64,000 bases of DNA from Rickettsiales bacterium (GCA_038123275.1 JAYORG010000007.1:6299-70298); one strand, 5' to 3'. Positions 29,382 to 40,389 are shown, counted from the first letter of the stretch. A program made the numbers and translations. The notes: a model not told the origin generated them from the sequence alone.

Positions 29382-30062
29382 ATGTCTATTAAAGCGAAAA
29401 TAATTAAAAAGGCCCTGAAAGTTTTAATCGATGAATATGGTTTTGAAAAATCAGTAGAAAAAAATCTACCAATAGATAGAAATGAAAACCCTCTTCCTTT
29501 ATATACATACCCGGCAATAGAATATTTAAAATCTTTAAATTTTAAAAATAAGAAAATTTTTGAATTTGGTAGTGGTAATTCAACTTTATTTTGGTTAAAT
29601 AAAGGTGCTAAAGTTACCTCAATTGAAGATAATGAAATATGGTTTAAAAACTTAACACAAGAAATAGACTCTAATAAAAATCATAAATTTATTTTTGCTC
29701 AAGGAAAGGAATATATTAATTATATACTTAAAATTGATACAAAATATGATGTTATTATTATTGATGGGTCTCAAAATAGATTTGAGTGTACTAAAGTTGC
29801 TATTAACAAAATCAAGAAAGATGGTATAATTATTATTGATAATTCTGATTGGTTTGAAAATAGCACAAAACTAGTCAGAGATGAGCTAGATTTTTTGCAA
29901 ATAGATTTTTATGGTTTTAGACCTTCTAAACCTAACACTTCTGTGACATCATTCTTTTTTAGTAGGGAGTCAAAATTACAATCCATTAGTAAAAAACAAC
30001 CTTCTTTTGCTATTGGAGGTTTAGAAAAGCACTCAAAAAATGATTCTGACAATTCTAAATGA
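29382..30062 (+). CDS. putative Rossmann-fold SAM-dependent methyltransferase-like protein
   Basis: IFEFGSGNSTLFW (GxGxG-like) followed by SIEDNEIW and DVIIIDGS. Family assignment is tentative. Confidence 0.4.
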   Translation: MSIKAKIIKKALKVLIDEYGFEKSVEKNLPIDRNENPLPLYTYPAIEYLKSLNFKNKKIFEFGSGNSTLFWLNKGAKVTSIEDNEIWFKNLTQEIDSNKNHKFIFAQGKEYINYILKIDTKYDVIIIDGSQNRFECTKVAINKIKKDGIIIIDNSDWFENSTKLVRDELDFLQIDFYGFRPSKPNTSVTSFFFSRESKLQSISKKQPSFAIGGLEKHSKNDSDNSK

Positions 30063-30225
30063 TATAGTGCCGGCTTCGCAGTCTTGAAGCTTCAGGGCTG
30101 TAGTATTTGATTTTAGAACTTAAACAGCCCTGAAAAGAAATATTCTAGATTGCATTAGAACTTGCTTATTTAGAAGTATTCTGTTAGTTATGATGGATTC
30201 GTTTTATTAATAATAATTAAGATAT

Positions 30226-30444
30226 ATGCCTAAAGAGGATTTACTATCAATGAATGGAATTGTTGTTGAGGTTTTGCCAAATACAATATTTCGTGTTGAA
30301 TTAGAAAATGGTCATTTAATTACTGCTCATGCTTCTGGAAAAATTCGTAAAAATAAAATAAGAATTTTAAAGGGTGATGATGTTGAAGTGGAAATGACAA
30401 CTTACGATCTAACAAAGGGTAGAATAGTTAGAAGAAATAGTTAA
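30226..30444 (+). CDS. infA: translation initiation factor IF-1
   Basis: 72-aa S1-like protein: [60 protein letters not shown]. Confidence 0.95.
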   Translation: MPKEDLLSMNGIVVEVLPNTIFRVELENGHLITAHASGKIRKNKIRILKGDDVEVEMTTYDLTKGRIVRRNS

Positions 30445-30558
30445 TAGGACAAGCCCTTTTTTGGTAATTTCGTCGTTATTCTAATTTTCTGAAATCTACG
30501 TACATCTACTAAATATATTACAAACTCAATATTTTACCGTTGTTAATAAAAATTTATC

Positions 30559-33462
30559 ATGCAAGAAAAGTTCATTAAAGTAATTGGTGCTAAGGAGCAC
30601 AATTTAAAAAATATCAATATTCAAATACCAAAAAATCAGTTAGTTGTTGTTACTGGGTTAAGTGGCTCTGGTAAGTCATCTCTTGTATTTGATACAATTT
30701 ATGCTGAAGGCCAAAGACGTTACATTGAAAGTTTATCAGTTTATGCTAGACAATTTCTAAATATGCAAGATAAGCCAGATGTTGAATCAATTGAAGGTTT
30801 ATCCCCAGCAATTGCCATTGATCAAAAAACCACTTCTAGAAATCCACGATCAACAGTTGGTACTGTTACTGAAATTTACGATCATTTAAGATTATTGTAT
30901 GCTCGCATTGGCATACCTTATTCACCAGCAACTAATTTGCCAATTTCTAGTCAATCTCCATCGCAAATTGCCAAAAAGATTTTTGATTTACCACCAAAAA
31001 GTAAAATTTATATTTTGGCACCACTTATTAGAGGAGAAAAAGGTGAGCATAGAAAAGAATTTTTATCTCTTAGAAAACAAGGTTTCCAAAGGGTTAAAGT
31101 TGATGGAGAAGTTCATGAATTAAATGAGTTGCCAGCAATTGATAAAAATAAAAAGCATGATATTGAAGTTGTTGTTGATAGAATTGTAATGTCCGACAAG
31201 CTTGGTAACAGACTTGCTGATTCTATTGAAACTGCTCTTAAAATTTCTGATGGGTTGCTTTTTGTAGAAATTGTTAAGTTGCCAGAAGAAGAATATAAAA
31301 TGCCAAATGGTGAGATTGTCAAAAATGATGAAATTTTAGTATTTTCTGAGAAATTTTGCTGTCCTGAATCTGGTTTTACTATTTCTGAAATAGAACCAAG
31401 ATTATTTTCTTTTAATAGTCCTTATGGTGCTTGTAAATCTTGTGATGGTCTTGGTACAGAATTATATTTTAATCCAGAATTAATAGTTAGTGATGATGAA
31501 TTAAGTTTAAGGCAAGGCGCAATTTCAATTTGGCATGGTGCAAATGCTCGTTATTATCAGCAAATATTAACTAGTCTTTCTAATCATTTTAAATTTGATC
31601 TAGATACCCCTTACAATTTACTTAGTGAAGAAGTAAAAAATATTATTTTTTATGGCACTAAAGAAGAAATTGAAATTGAATATGAAGATGGTTACAGAAC
31701 CTTTAAAACCAAGCATGTTTTTGGAGGTGTTATTAACGAAATCGAAAAGAAATTTAATAATGCTAAAGGCAATTTAGTACAAGAAGAATTATCTAAATAT
31801 CAAAGCCTAACAAAATGTCGTAAATGTCAAGGTTATCGCTTAAGTGAACAATCTTTATGTGTAAAAATTACTGACTTACATATTGGTCAATTAAGTAATA
31901 TGTCAATTTCTGATGTTATTAAATGGTTTGAAAATTTGCCAAAGAAATTAAATGAAACACATAATCAAATTGCACAGAGAATTTTAAAAGAAATTACAAG
32001 ACGATTAAACTTTTTAAAGAATGTTGGTTTGGAATATCTAACTTTAAGTAGAAAAGCTGGAAGTCTTTCTGGTGGAGAAGCTCAAAGAATTAGATTAGCA
32101 TCGCAAATTGGTTCTGGATTATCTGGAGTGATGTATGTTTTAGACGAACCTTCAATAGGGTTGCATCAGTCAGATAATAATAAATTAATTTCCACTTTAA
32201 AACAATTAAGAGATATTGGCAATTCAGTCTTAGTAGTTGAACATGATGAAGAAATGATGTGTGAAGCAGATTATTTAATTGATGTTGGTCCAGGGGCAGG
32301 AGTGCATGGTGGTCATATTATTGCACAAGGTCTACCTGATAAGGTTATCAATGACGAAAAAAGCATTACCGGTCAATATTTAAGTGGTAAAAAATCTATC
32401 CCTTTGCCTAAGGTTAGAAGAAAAGTAGATTTAACTCGAAATATTACTATTAGAAATGCTACAACCAATAATCTAAAGAATGTGGATCTAACAGTACCTC
32501 TTGGAGTATTTACTAGTGTATGTGGTATATCTGGAGGTGGTAAATCAAGTTTAATAATTCATACTTTTTATAAAGCTTTAAATAGAATTATTAATAAATC
32601 AAAAGTTACACCAGGTTCTTTTGATGCGATAGAAGGGGCTTTAAATATTGATAAAATAATAGAAATTGATCAATCTCCTATTGGCAGAACTCCAAGATCA
32701 AATCCTTGTACCTATGTTGGTGCTTTTACTCCCATTAGAGAGTTTTTTACAGAGCTTCCAGAATCAAAATCTCGTGGTTATAAGTCAGGTAGATTTTCTT
32801 TTAATGTTAAAGGTGGTAGATGTGAAACTTGTCAAGGTGATGGCTTAATTAAAATAGAAATGCATTTCTTGCCAGATGTTTATGTTATTTGTGATACTTG
32901 TCATGGCAAAAGATATAATCGTGAGACTCTAGAAATACAGTATAAAGGTCATTCTATCTCAGATATTTTAGAAATGAATGCATTACAAGCTGCAGACTTT
33001 TTTATTAATATGCCTCATATTTATGAAAAATTTAAAGCATTATGTGATGTTGGTCTTGGTTATATTAAAATTGGTCAAAGTGCTACTACTCTATCTGGAG
33101 GTGAAGCTCAAAGAATTAAGTTATCAAAAGAGTTAAGTAAAAAGGCTACTAATAACACTCTTTACATTCTTGATGAACCAACAACAGGACTTCATTTTGA
33201 AGATATTAGTAAATTATTGTCAGTATTGCATAAATTAGTTGATCAAGGAAATAGTGTGGTTATTATTGAGCATAATTTAGATGTTTTAAAAACGTCAGAC
33301 TGGATAATTGATATTGGGCCAACTGGTGGTGATAAGGGTGGTTACATAGTTGCTCAAGGCACTCCAGAGAGCATAGTAAAAGATAAAAATTCTGTTACTG
33401 GAGAATTTTTATCTAAAGTTTTGAATAAAAATGGTAAAAATAAAAAACTTAATCTAGCATAA
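30559..33462 (+). CDS. uvrA: excinuclease ABC subunit A
   Basis: 967 aa. Two ABC modules (GLSGSGKSS; GISGGGKSS), LSGGEAQR signature twice, Zn-finger Cys clusters. Confidence 0.96.
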   Translation: MQEKFIKVIGAKEHNLKNINIQIPKNQLVVVTGLSGSGKSSLVFDTIYAEGQRRYIESLSVYARQFLNMQDKPDVESIEGLSPAIAIDQKTTSRNPRSTVGTVTEIYDHLRLLYARIGIPYSPATNLPISSQSPSQIAKKIFDLPPKSKIYILAPLIRGEKGEHRKEFLSLRKQGFQRVKVDGEVHELNELPAIDKNKKHDIEVVVDRIVMSDKLGNRLADSIETALKISDGLLFVEIVKLPEEEYKMPNGEIVKNDEILVFSEKFCCPESGFTISEIEPRLFSFNSPYGACKSCDGLGTELYFNPELIVSDDELSLRQGAISIWHGANARYYQQILTSLSNHFKFDLDTPYNLLSEEVKNIIFYGTKEEIEIEYEDGYRTFKTKHVFGGVINEIEKKFNNAKGNLVQEELSKYQSLTKCRKCQGYRLSEQSLCVKITDLHIGQLSNMSISDVIKWFENLPKKLNETHNQIAQRILKEITRRLNFLKNVGLEYLTLSRKAGSLSGGEAQRIRLASQIGSGLSGVMYVLDEPSIGLHQSDNNKLISTLKQLRDIGNSVLVVEHDEEMMCEADYLIDVGPGAGVHGGHIIAQGLPDKVINDEKSITGQYLSGKKSIPLPKVRRKVDLTRNITIRNATTNNLKNVDLTVPLGVFTSVCGISGGGKSSLIIHTFYKALNRIINKSKVTPGSFDAIEGALNIDKIIEIDQSPIGRTPRSNPCTYVGAFTPIREFFTELPESKSRGYKSGRFSFNVKGGRCETCQGDGLIKIEMHFLPDVYVICDTCHGKRYNRETLEIQYKGHSISDILEMNALQAADFFINMPHIYEKFKALCDVGLGYIKIGQSATTLSGGEAQRIKLSKELSKKATNNTLYILDEPTTGLHFEDISKLLSVLHKLVDQGNSVVIIEHNLDVLKTSDWIIDIGPTGGDKGGYIVAQGTPESIVKDKNSVTGEFLSKVLNKNGKNKKLNLA

Positions 33463-33463
33463 T

Positions 33464-34369
33464 ATGATTAGTTCAAATTTAGATGAAGCTTTTGATCACA
33501 TAATTAAACTAGTCGATGATAAAATCGACGAATTATTGCCAAGAAAAGAGCAATTTAGTGAGTCTAGATTGGTTGAAGCAATGCGTTACAGCGCTTTAGC
33601 TCCAGGAAAAAGAATTAGACCATTTTTAACAATAGCCTGTGCTGACATCTTTAAAGTAGACACTCAATATTCAGTTAATATTGCAACCGCTATTGAATTT
33701 ATTCATGTATATTCTTTAATTCATGACGATTTGCCAGCAATGGATGATGATGATTATCGCAGAGGTCAGTTAAGTTGTCACAAAAAATTTGATGAAGCAA
33801 CAGCAATTTTAGCTGGTGATTCTTTATTAACACATGCTTTCCAAATATTATCTGACCAAAATACTATTTTTGATCCTCATATTAGATGCGAGTTAATTAA
33901 TATTATTTCTAAAGCAATTGGCTTTAATGGTATGGCTGGAGGACAAATGATAGATTTAGAAGCAGAATTTGATTCTAATTTAACTCCAGAAAAAATTGCT
34001 AGATTACAAAGATTAAAAACCGGAGAAATGTTTATGGCATCAGTTGAGGCTGGCGCAATTATTGGCAAAGCTCAAGCTGCAAAAAGACAATCTTTAATAA
34101 GATATGCTCATGATATTGGATTGGCTTTTCAAATTAAGGATGACATCTTAGATCATGTAGGAGATGGTTCTGGCAAGATAGAAATTGAATCACTTGATGC
34201 CAAAAAAACTCAAGATAAAACCAGTATTGTTAATATTCTTGGAATGGATAAAGCTTTAATTCAGCTAAATTTATTGCATGATCAAGCTGTTTCGCATTTA
34301 CACCTATTTGGTGATAATGCAGATTTATTGAGACAATTAGCCGAATTTATTGTTGTTAGGGAAAGATAG
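33464..34369 (+). CDS. ispA: polyprenyl (farnesyl) diphosphate synthase
   Basis: First Asp-rich motif DDLPAMDDDDYRRG and second FQIKDDILD. Confidence 0.88.
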   Translation: MISSNLDEAFDHIIKLVDDKIDELLPRKEQFSESRLVEAMRYSALAPGKRIRPFLTIACADIFKVDTQYSVNIATAIEFIHVYSLIHDDLPAMDDDDYRRGQLSCHKKFDEATAILAGDSLLTHAFQILSDQNTIFDPHIRCELINIISKAIGFNGMAGGQMIDLEAEFDSNLTPEKIARLQRLKTGEMFMASVEAGAIIGKAQAAKRQSLIRYAHDIGLAFQIKDDILDHVGDGSGKIEIESLDAKKTQDKTSIVNILGMDKALIQLNLLHDQAVSHLHLFGDNADLLRQLAEFIVVRER

Positions 34370-34450
34370 TAATATTCCTGACGAATTGGGGTCAATGGAA
34401 TCCTTCGCTTGTGTGGCAAAGCCAGAATCCAACAAAAAAGATATTTAAAT

Positions 34451-34876
34451 ATGCTTGAAACATATTCCCACTTATTCATAGACAGCTTATTTGCCTCACT
34501 AATTTTGCCAATCAGAAGCGAAATGATGTTTCATGCTATGGTTATTTTTGATGAATTTGATAGCTTTTTAATATTTCTTACAGCACTTCTTGCTAGTATC
34601 ACTGGCCTAGCAATTAATTGGCGAATAGGTAAAGCATTAATTTTTCTAAAAAAATCTCAAGCTTTTAAAGACAAAGATAAAGAAATTAAAAAAGTAGAAA
34701 CAATATGGAATAAATATGTAATTTGGTTATTGCCAATTGCTGTTTTTAATTCTATTGGCCCAGTTTTATGTCTATTTTCAGGATTTTTTAGAACTAATAT
34801 AGCCTATCTAATTATTTTAACTGCCATTGGAAAAACAGCTTATTATTATCTGAATTTTAGTCTAACTTTTCATTAG
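34451..34876 (+). CDS. YqaA-family (DedA/VTT-related) membrane protein
   Basis: From MLETYSHLFIDSLFASLILPIRSE...; the pattern parallels E. coli YqaA (SF.SATLLP..SE, GxxxN, lCl.aG, GK..yY). The ATG at 34451 is preferred over 34409. Confidence 0.6.
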   Translation: MLETYSHLFIDSLFASLILPIRSEMMFHAMVIFDEFDSFLIFLTALLASITGLAINWRIGKALIFLKKSQAFKDKDKEIKKVETIWNKYVIWLLPIAVFNSIGPVLCLFSGFFRTNIAYLIILTAIGKTAYYYLNFSLTFH

Positions 34877-34888
34877 TTCAAATAGTAC

Positions 34889-36196
34889 TTAAAGTTCATT
34901 ATGGGTACTCTTTTCCTTCATCTTCTGGTGACTATTGGTTTTAACTTTAGATTTTGGTTTTTTAGATTTAGTTTTGTCTGGTGGGTATATTTTGTTTACC
35001 TTTTTCTTAGATTTTTTATCTAAGTTTTGGTAAGATTCTTCTAAAATAGCATTATGTATGGTATTAACATATTTATACATTTTTGGATCAAGCGCTTGCA
35101 TTACATTAGAGGGTATTTCTGAACAATATGCAAGTGATTCAGTACAAATTTCCATATCTTTATGGTTTCTAACTTGAGAAAAGTGTTTTTCATGCAAGAA
35201 TTCAACAAGAAATGCACCCATATCTTGTAATATTTCACTTTTGGTTAGTGGTGTTAAGTCTTGAAAGCTAGATTGGACATGATATGCAATTGATTCTACC
35301 AATTCAGGAGTAACAATTTGTTGCATAAGATATCTTACATTTTTCCAAGATTTTACTATTTGTGTACCTAGATTTTGTAAATAATCAATTTTTTTGCCTT
35401 TTAATACATTTTTATGAATTTTCTCTAAGCGTTTAACAAATTTATTATATTCATCTACACATTCTTGAGTTTCTTGTGCATTATGCAAAGAAAGAAGATA
35501 TTTTCTAGTATTGTCCTGGAAATTATTAGCATCTATGACATGATTCCCATGATCTATGCCGACTTGTTGATTGCAGTGCATAGATTCATGTGTCATGGTG
35601 CCAGCTAGGCTTATTTCTGGATCCTTGCGTCTATGTTTTATTATGTCTGGTTTAAAAAGTATTTTTCCTTTGATTGGATATTTTTTTAAGAAATCATTAG
35701 TTAATATTTTTCCTGGAAAAGAAGCTTCCATACTAAATTTTGCAAGACGATCTATATCTTGTACTGAATATATTAGGGAGTTTTCAGGGTTGTTACTTTC
35801 TAGTCTGGCTAAGCATACAGATAGTGATTTTTGTCCAGATCTAGTCATTTTTCTAACAGCATCCATTACCATTTCTCTATCACTGGAAGGCATATTAGGG
35901 TCTATTGCACTTTTTACTTGTTTTAGGAAAGATTTTTTAACAAATTTTCCTGTATCATCATAGCCAAGTTTTCTTTGATTATTATTTTCTTTTATTGGCT
36001 TGGATGCTGTAATAATTACATTACAAAGAAGTATAAAGGCAATAAATTTGCCAGAATTACTAGAAAGATCAAGTTTACCAAAACTCATAGCATTTTTTAT
36101 TCTTTCGTCAATATTAGGGTCTTTCCTTTCTTTGCGATCTAAATATTGCTGATGTTTTCTGCGGTTTTTTGTATGATCTCTATGATCTTTTGGCAT
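34889..36196 (-). CDS. hypothetical Lys-rich protein with an HExxH zinc-metallopeptidase motif
   Basis: 435 aa. Basic N-terminus, one TM-like segment (FIAFILLCNVIITA), THESMH motif, very basic C-terminal tail ending in HNEL. Confidence 0.55.
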   Translation of the reverse strand: MPKDHRDHTKNRRKHQQYLDRKERKDPNIDERIKNAMSFGKLDLSSNSGKFIAFILLCNVIITASKPIKENNNQRKLGYDDTGKFVKKSFLKQVKSAIDPNMPSSDREMVMDAVRKMTRSGQKSLSVCLARLESNNPENSLIYSVQDIDRLAKFSMEASFPGKILTNDFLKKYPIKGKILFKPDIIKHRRKDPEISLAGTMTHESMHCNQQVGIDHGNHVIDANNFQDNTRKYLLSLHNAQETQECVDEYNKFVKRLEKIHKNVLKGKKIDYLQNLGTQIVKSWKNVRYLMQQIVTPELVESIAYHVQSSFQDLTPLTKSEILQDMGAFLVEFLHEKHFSQVRNHKDMEICTESLAYCSEIPSNVMQALDPKMYKYVNTIHNAILEESYQNLDKKSKKKVNKIYPPDKTKSKKPKSKVKTNSHQKMKEKSTHNEL

Positions 36197-36351
36197 GGTT
36201 TAGTTATTTAAATTAATATACATATTACAATTGTATCGTAAAATCCTTCACAGATCAATAGGATAGTATAAATTTTTGAAGAAAATATATTGTAAAATGA
36301 TTTATAAACCTTATGTATAATTTATAATATAAAGTCTAAATACTACTAATT

Positions 36352-37032
36352 ATGAATAAGAATATAATAACCAATTTAATTGCTTTAATATTAATAATTG
36401 TTGGATATTTTTCTCCTATTTATGGTGATATTATTTTTACAACAGCAATATTTGCCTTATCTGGTAGTATTACTAATTCATTGGCAATTTACATGCTCTT
36501 TGAGAAAGTACCTTTTCTTTATGGATCTGGTGTTATCCCTAATCGTTTTGAAGATTTTAAAGCCGGTATTAAAAATCTTATCATAGAAGAATTTTTTAGT
36601 AAGGAACATATTGAACAGTTTTTTAATCAAAATAATCAAAATTTATCTGTTGATGCAATAAATGCTAAAATAGATTTTGAAAAGGTTTTTAATGATTTAA
36701 CAGATGCTATTGTGGAATCTCCAATGGGTGGTATGCTTGCCATGGTTGGTGGTAAAGAGGCTTTACAACCATTAAAAGAACCTATTACAAACAAGTTAAA
36801 AAATGTTATTAGCGATTTAGTTAATGATAAAGATGGTAACAAAAAAGGTGATTTAACTAAAAACCTAATTACCAAAATAGAAAAAATAATTGATAAACGT
36901 CTTGCTGATTTAACCCCTAAAATGGTTAAAGATATTATTCAAAAAATGATTAGAAAACATCTTGGTTGGCTAGTTGTTTGGGGAGGAGTTTTTGGTGGTT
37001 TAATTGGTTTTATATTTAGCCTTATTAATTAA
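36352..37032 (+). CDS. DUF445-like membrane protein
   Basis: N- and C-terminal TM segments. NSLAIYMLFEKVP..GVIP block typical of DUF445. Confidence 0.55.
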   Translation: MNKNIITNLIALILIIVGYFSPIYGDIIFTTAIFALSGSITNSLAIYMLFEKVPFLYGSGVIPNRFEDFKAGIKNLIIEEFFSKEHIEQFFNQNNQNLSVDAINAKIDFEKVFNDLTDAIVESPMGGMLAMVGGKEALQPLKEPITNKLKNVISDLVNDKDGNKKGDLTKNLITKIEKIIDKRLADLTPKMVKDIIQKMIRKHLGWLVVWGGVFGGLIGFIFSLIN

Positions 37033-37049
37033 ATTAATTATAAAATAAT

Positions 37050-38009
37050 ATGACAAAAAGTAATCAATTTAATAATTTAGTTACTTCAATTAAAACTCAA
37101 ATTATTGGTCAAGATGATTTGATTGAAAACCTAATTATTTGTATGATTTATGGTGGTCATGTATTAATTGAAGGCCTTCCAGGTTTGGCTAAAACTGCTA
37201 CAGCCAATGCTTTAGCTGATGGAATAGAAGGAGATTTTCATAGAATTCAATTTACCCCAGATTTATTACCATCAGATTTGATAGGTACTGATATTTATGT
37301 TCATGATAAAGGTAATTTTGAGTTTAGGTCTGGTCCGGTATTTCATAATATTATTTTAGCTGATGAAATTAATAGAGCGCCTTGTAAAGTGCAGTCAGCT
37401 TTGCTAGAAGCGATGGCAGAAAAACAAGTAACTGTTGGTAAAAATACTTATAAATTACCAGAATTATTTATGGTATTAGCTACCCAAAATCCAATAGAAC
37501 ATGAGGGAACCTACCCATTACCAGAAGCACAATTAGATCGATTTTTAATGAATGTAATGGTTGGTTATCCATCAAAAGAAGAAGAATTACAAATTTTAGA
37601 TTTAAGTAGTAAAGTTGAGAAAGAAACTAAAAAGAAAGAGTTAAAAATTACTACTCAAAAAGAAATTTTTGATGCTAGAAAGAAAAGTTTTGATATACAT
37701 ATTGATCAAAAATTAAAGGACTATATTTTATCTTTGGTTTTTGCCACAAGAAATGCTAAGGATTATGATTCTGATTTAGAAAAATGGATTAGATGTGGTG
37801 TTTCTCCTAGGGCTAGTATAGCACTTTTGCATTGTAGCCGTATATTAGCATTAATAAATAATGATTCTTATGTTACCCCGCATCATATTCGTAAAGTTTT
37901 GCCAAATATTCTTAGGCATCGTATTATATTGTCCTATGAAGCACAGGCAAATTCAATTACTGTTGATCAGATAATAGAAAAATTATTAGAGGTTGTTGCT
38001 TTACCGTAG
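37050..38009 (+). CDS. MoxR-family AAA+ ATPase
   Basis: Walker A EGLPGLAKT, Walker B LADEINRA, ATQNPIEHEGTYPLPEAQLDRF. Confidence 0.92.
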   Translation: MTKSNQFNNLVTSIKTQIIGQDDLIENLIICMIYGGHVLIEGLPGLAKTATANALADGIEGDFHRIQFTPDLLPSDLIGTDIYVHDKGNFEFRSGPVFHNIILADEINRAPCKVQSALLEAMAEKQVTVGKNTYKLPELFMVLATQNPIEHEGTYPLPEAQLDRFLMNVMVGYPSKEEELQILDLSSKVEKETKKKELKITTQKEIFDARKKSFDIHIDQKLKDYILSLVFATRNAKDYDSDLEKWIRCGVSPRASIALLHCSRILALINNDSYVTPHHIRKVLPNILRHRIILSYEAQANSITVDQIIEKLLEVVALP

Positions 38010-38020
38010 ATAGTGTCGTC

Positions 38021-38905
38021 ATGATATATCCAGATTTTAATGAATTATTAGACTTACAACATAAAGCTAGGAAGTTACGTTCTCTAAAAGATAAGACATC
38101 GTCTGATATTGTAGGAAATAACGCTTCTAAGCGTTATGGCGCTGGGTTAGAGTTTGAAGAAGTAAGGGAATATGCTTTTGGAGATGATGTTAGAAATATA
38201 GATTGGCGTGTTACGGCTAGGACTGGCAAGCCTTATTCTAAATTATTTAAAGTAGAAAGCGAGCAAACAATAAACATAGTTGTTGATATGAATAGTAATA
38301 TGCATTTTGGCACTAAAAAAACTTTTAAATCCATACAGGCAGCACAATGTGTATCTTTGATATCTTGGTTTTTTAATACTCTTAATAATAAGGTTGGTGG
38401 CATAATATTTGGCAGTGTTAAAGAAGATATTGCTATTTATCACCCTTCTAAATCTAAGCAGTCTTTACTTAAATTATTACAAGATTTAACCATAAAAAAA
38501 GTTTGTCTTAAAGATATAAAGTTAGACAAAGCTTTATCTAAGTTAGGAAGAATGGCAACAATGGATTCAAGAATTTATGTGATTTCAGATTTTTCCAATT
38601 TTGATTACAGTGCCATATTAAAAGATATTAAAAGATTGAAGGAAAAGGGTTGTAAAATTACCTTTATACAAATTATTGATCAAAGAGATTATGAAATGCC
38701 AGCTATAGGGCATATTTCTTTTTTAGATTTTAAAGGGGCTTTGGTTTCTATTGATACTAATAACAAAAAAGGTAGAGAAAAATATCGTGCATTATGGCAA
38801 GAAAATCAAAAAAAATTAAAAAGAATAGTCAATAAAATGGCTATTAAATTTATTCAAATCAAAACGCAAGATGATGTTTATTTAAAATTACTTGGGAAAA
38901 TATAA
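38021..38905 (+). CDS. DUF58 (VWA-like) protein
   Basis: Signature YAFGDDVRNIDWRVTARTGKPYSKLF. Directly downstream of moxR. Confidence 0.85.
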   Translation: MIYPDFNELLDLQHKARKLRSLKDKTSSDIVGNNASKRYGAGLEFEEVREYAFGDDVRNIDWRVTARTGKPYSKLFKVESEQTINIVVDMNSNMHFGTKKTFKSIQAAQCVSLISWFFNTLNNKVGGIIFGSVKEDIAIYHPSKSKQSLLKLLQDLTIKKVCLKDIKLDKALSKLGRMATMDSRIYVISDFSNFDYSAILKDIKRLKEKGCKITFIQIIDQRDYEMPAIGHISFLDFKGALVSIDTNNKKGREKYRALWQENQKKLKRIVNKMAIKFIQIKTQDDVYLKLLGKI

Positions 38906-38906
38906 T

Positions 38907-39380
38907 ATGGAACAATTAAGGGATATAAAAGGATTAAACCAAATTTCAATATGGCCACTTGCTTATGGCTGGTGGATTATTATTGGATTATTGTTGTTAA
39001 TTGGTATGGGTGGTTTTTTAGTAAGTTTAAAGAAGAAGAAATATAAAAATAGTTGGAAATTTAAAGCTAATGAAAAGTTACAAATTTTAATGTCCAAGAA
39101 AAACCAACCTAGCATTATTAGTGATTTATTTGAATTATTAAAAGAAATATCTTTATTAAAATTTGGCAGGTCAAAATGTGCTAACTTAACAGGAGAAGAA
39201 TGGCTAAAATGGCTTTCTAAAAATGATAAGAGTGGTTTTAACTGGACTGATAATGCCATCAATTTAGTAAAGATGCAATATAGACCTCATGTAGAAATTA
39301 AGAAAAAGTTACAGCAAAAGAATATCCAAGAAAGTTTAGATATGGTTTTTACTGCTATATTAAATTTAATTAAGAAGTAA
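38907..39380 (+). CDS. DUF4381-like membrane protein of the Bat/MoxR operon
   Basis: From ATG 38907: MEQLRDIKGLNQISIWPLAYGWWIIIGLLLL, the typical N-terminus and TM. Positioned between DUF58 and the VWA genes. Confidence 0.6.
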   Translation: MEQLRDIKGLNQISIWPLAYGWWIIIGLLLLIGMGGFLVSLKKKKYKNSWKFKANEKLQILMSKKNQPSIISDLFELLKEISLLKFGRSKCANLTGEEWLKWLSKNDKSGFNWTDNAINLVKMQYRPHVEIKKKLQQKNIQESLDMVFTAILNLIKK

Positions 39381-39384
39381 GTAA

Positions 39385-40389
39385 ATGTTTGAATTTGAGT
39401 ATCCATTTTTAATATTTTTAATCTTTCTACCTATTTTGTTTTTAATAAAACTTAATTTACAAAAACATGATAGCAATACCATAATAACATATCCAAATAT
39501 AAAAAACTTACAAAGCACATTTGGCAGTTTTATTAGCAATAAATTTTCTGTAGATAAGATAATTAGCTACTTAATTTGGGTCTTGTTGGTATTGGCAATT
39601 ATGCATCCACAATTAGTTGATAAAAAGATTAATATCTCAACTAAAGGTAGAAATATTATGATTATTGCTGATTTATCTGGATCAATGCGTGCTTTGGATT
39701 TTTCAACCAAGGATAAATATATTAATCGTCTTGATGTTTTAAAAGAAACAACCAATTCATTTATTAGTAAAAGAGTGGGTGATAATATAGGTCTAATATT
39801 ATTTGCAGATAATGCTTATAATCATGTGCCTTTAACTTCTGATTTAAAATCTTTACAAGAAATGTTAAGTAATACTTTTATTGGTATGGCAGGAGAGTCA
39901 ACAGCTATTGGTGATGCCATAGGGTTAGCAGTTAAAAAGTTGCGTAATTTTGATAGCGAAGCTTCAACTATTATTTTGCTAACAGATGGTGAAAATACCG
40001 CTGGAACTTTAGACCCTATCACTTCTTCTAAAATAGCAAAAGAATATGATATCAAAATATATGTAATTGGTATTGGTAAGAGTGGTATTGCGCCAGTTGC
40101 AGATGAAAGGGGTTATATTTCTAGGATGCAAGTTAAGATAGATGAGGTCGCTTTAAAGAATATTGCCAAAACTACCAATGGTAAGTATTTTAATGTTACT
40201 AGTAAGGACGTTATGGAAAGAATTTATGAAGAAATTAATCAGCTTGAGAAAGTTGAAAATGAAGCAAGAGAACTTCTAATAAAAAAACAATTATATCATA
40301 TACCTTTAATTGGTGTTATTTTGTTATTATTCTTATTAATATTATTACCGTTCAAAGATTATCTAATTACTAAAAATGCAAGAGTTTAG
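39385..40389 (+). CDS. VWA-domain membrane protein (BatA-like)
   Basis: N-terminal TMs, MIDAS motif IADLSGSM, a TDGENT-type motif (LLTDGENTAG), C-terminal TM. Confidence 0.82.
   Translation: MFEFEYPFLIFLIFLPILFLIKLNLQKHDSNTIITYPNIKNLQSTFGSFISNKFSVDKIISYLIWVLLVLAIMHPQLVDKKINISTKGRNIMIIADLSGSMRALDFSTKDKYINRLDVLKETTNSFISKRVGDNIGLILFADNAYNHVPLTSDLKSLQEMLSNTFIGMAGESTAIGDAIGLAVKKLRNFDSEASTIILLTDGENTAGTLDPITSSKIAKEYDIKIYVIGIGKSGIAPVADERGYISRMQVKIDEVALKNIAKTTNGKYFNVTSKDVMERIYEEINQLEKVENEARELLIKKQLYHIPLIGVILLLFLLILLPFKDYLITKNARV

Noticed and set aside
30445-30558. Looked for an alphaproteobacterial SOS box (GTTC-N7-GTTC / GAAC-N7-GAAC) upstream of uvrA.
   Set aside because: No such motif is present in the intergenic region.
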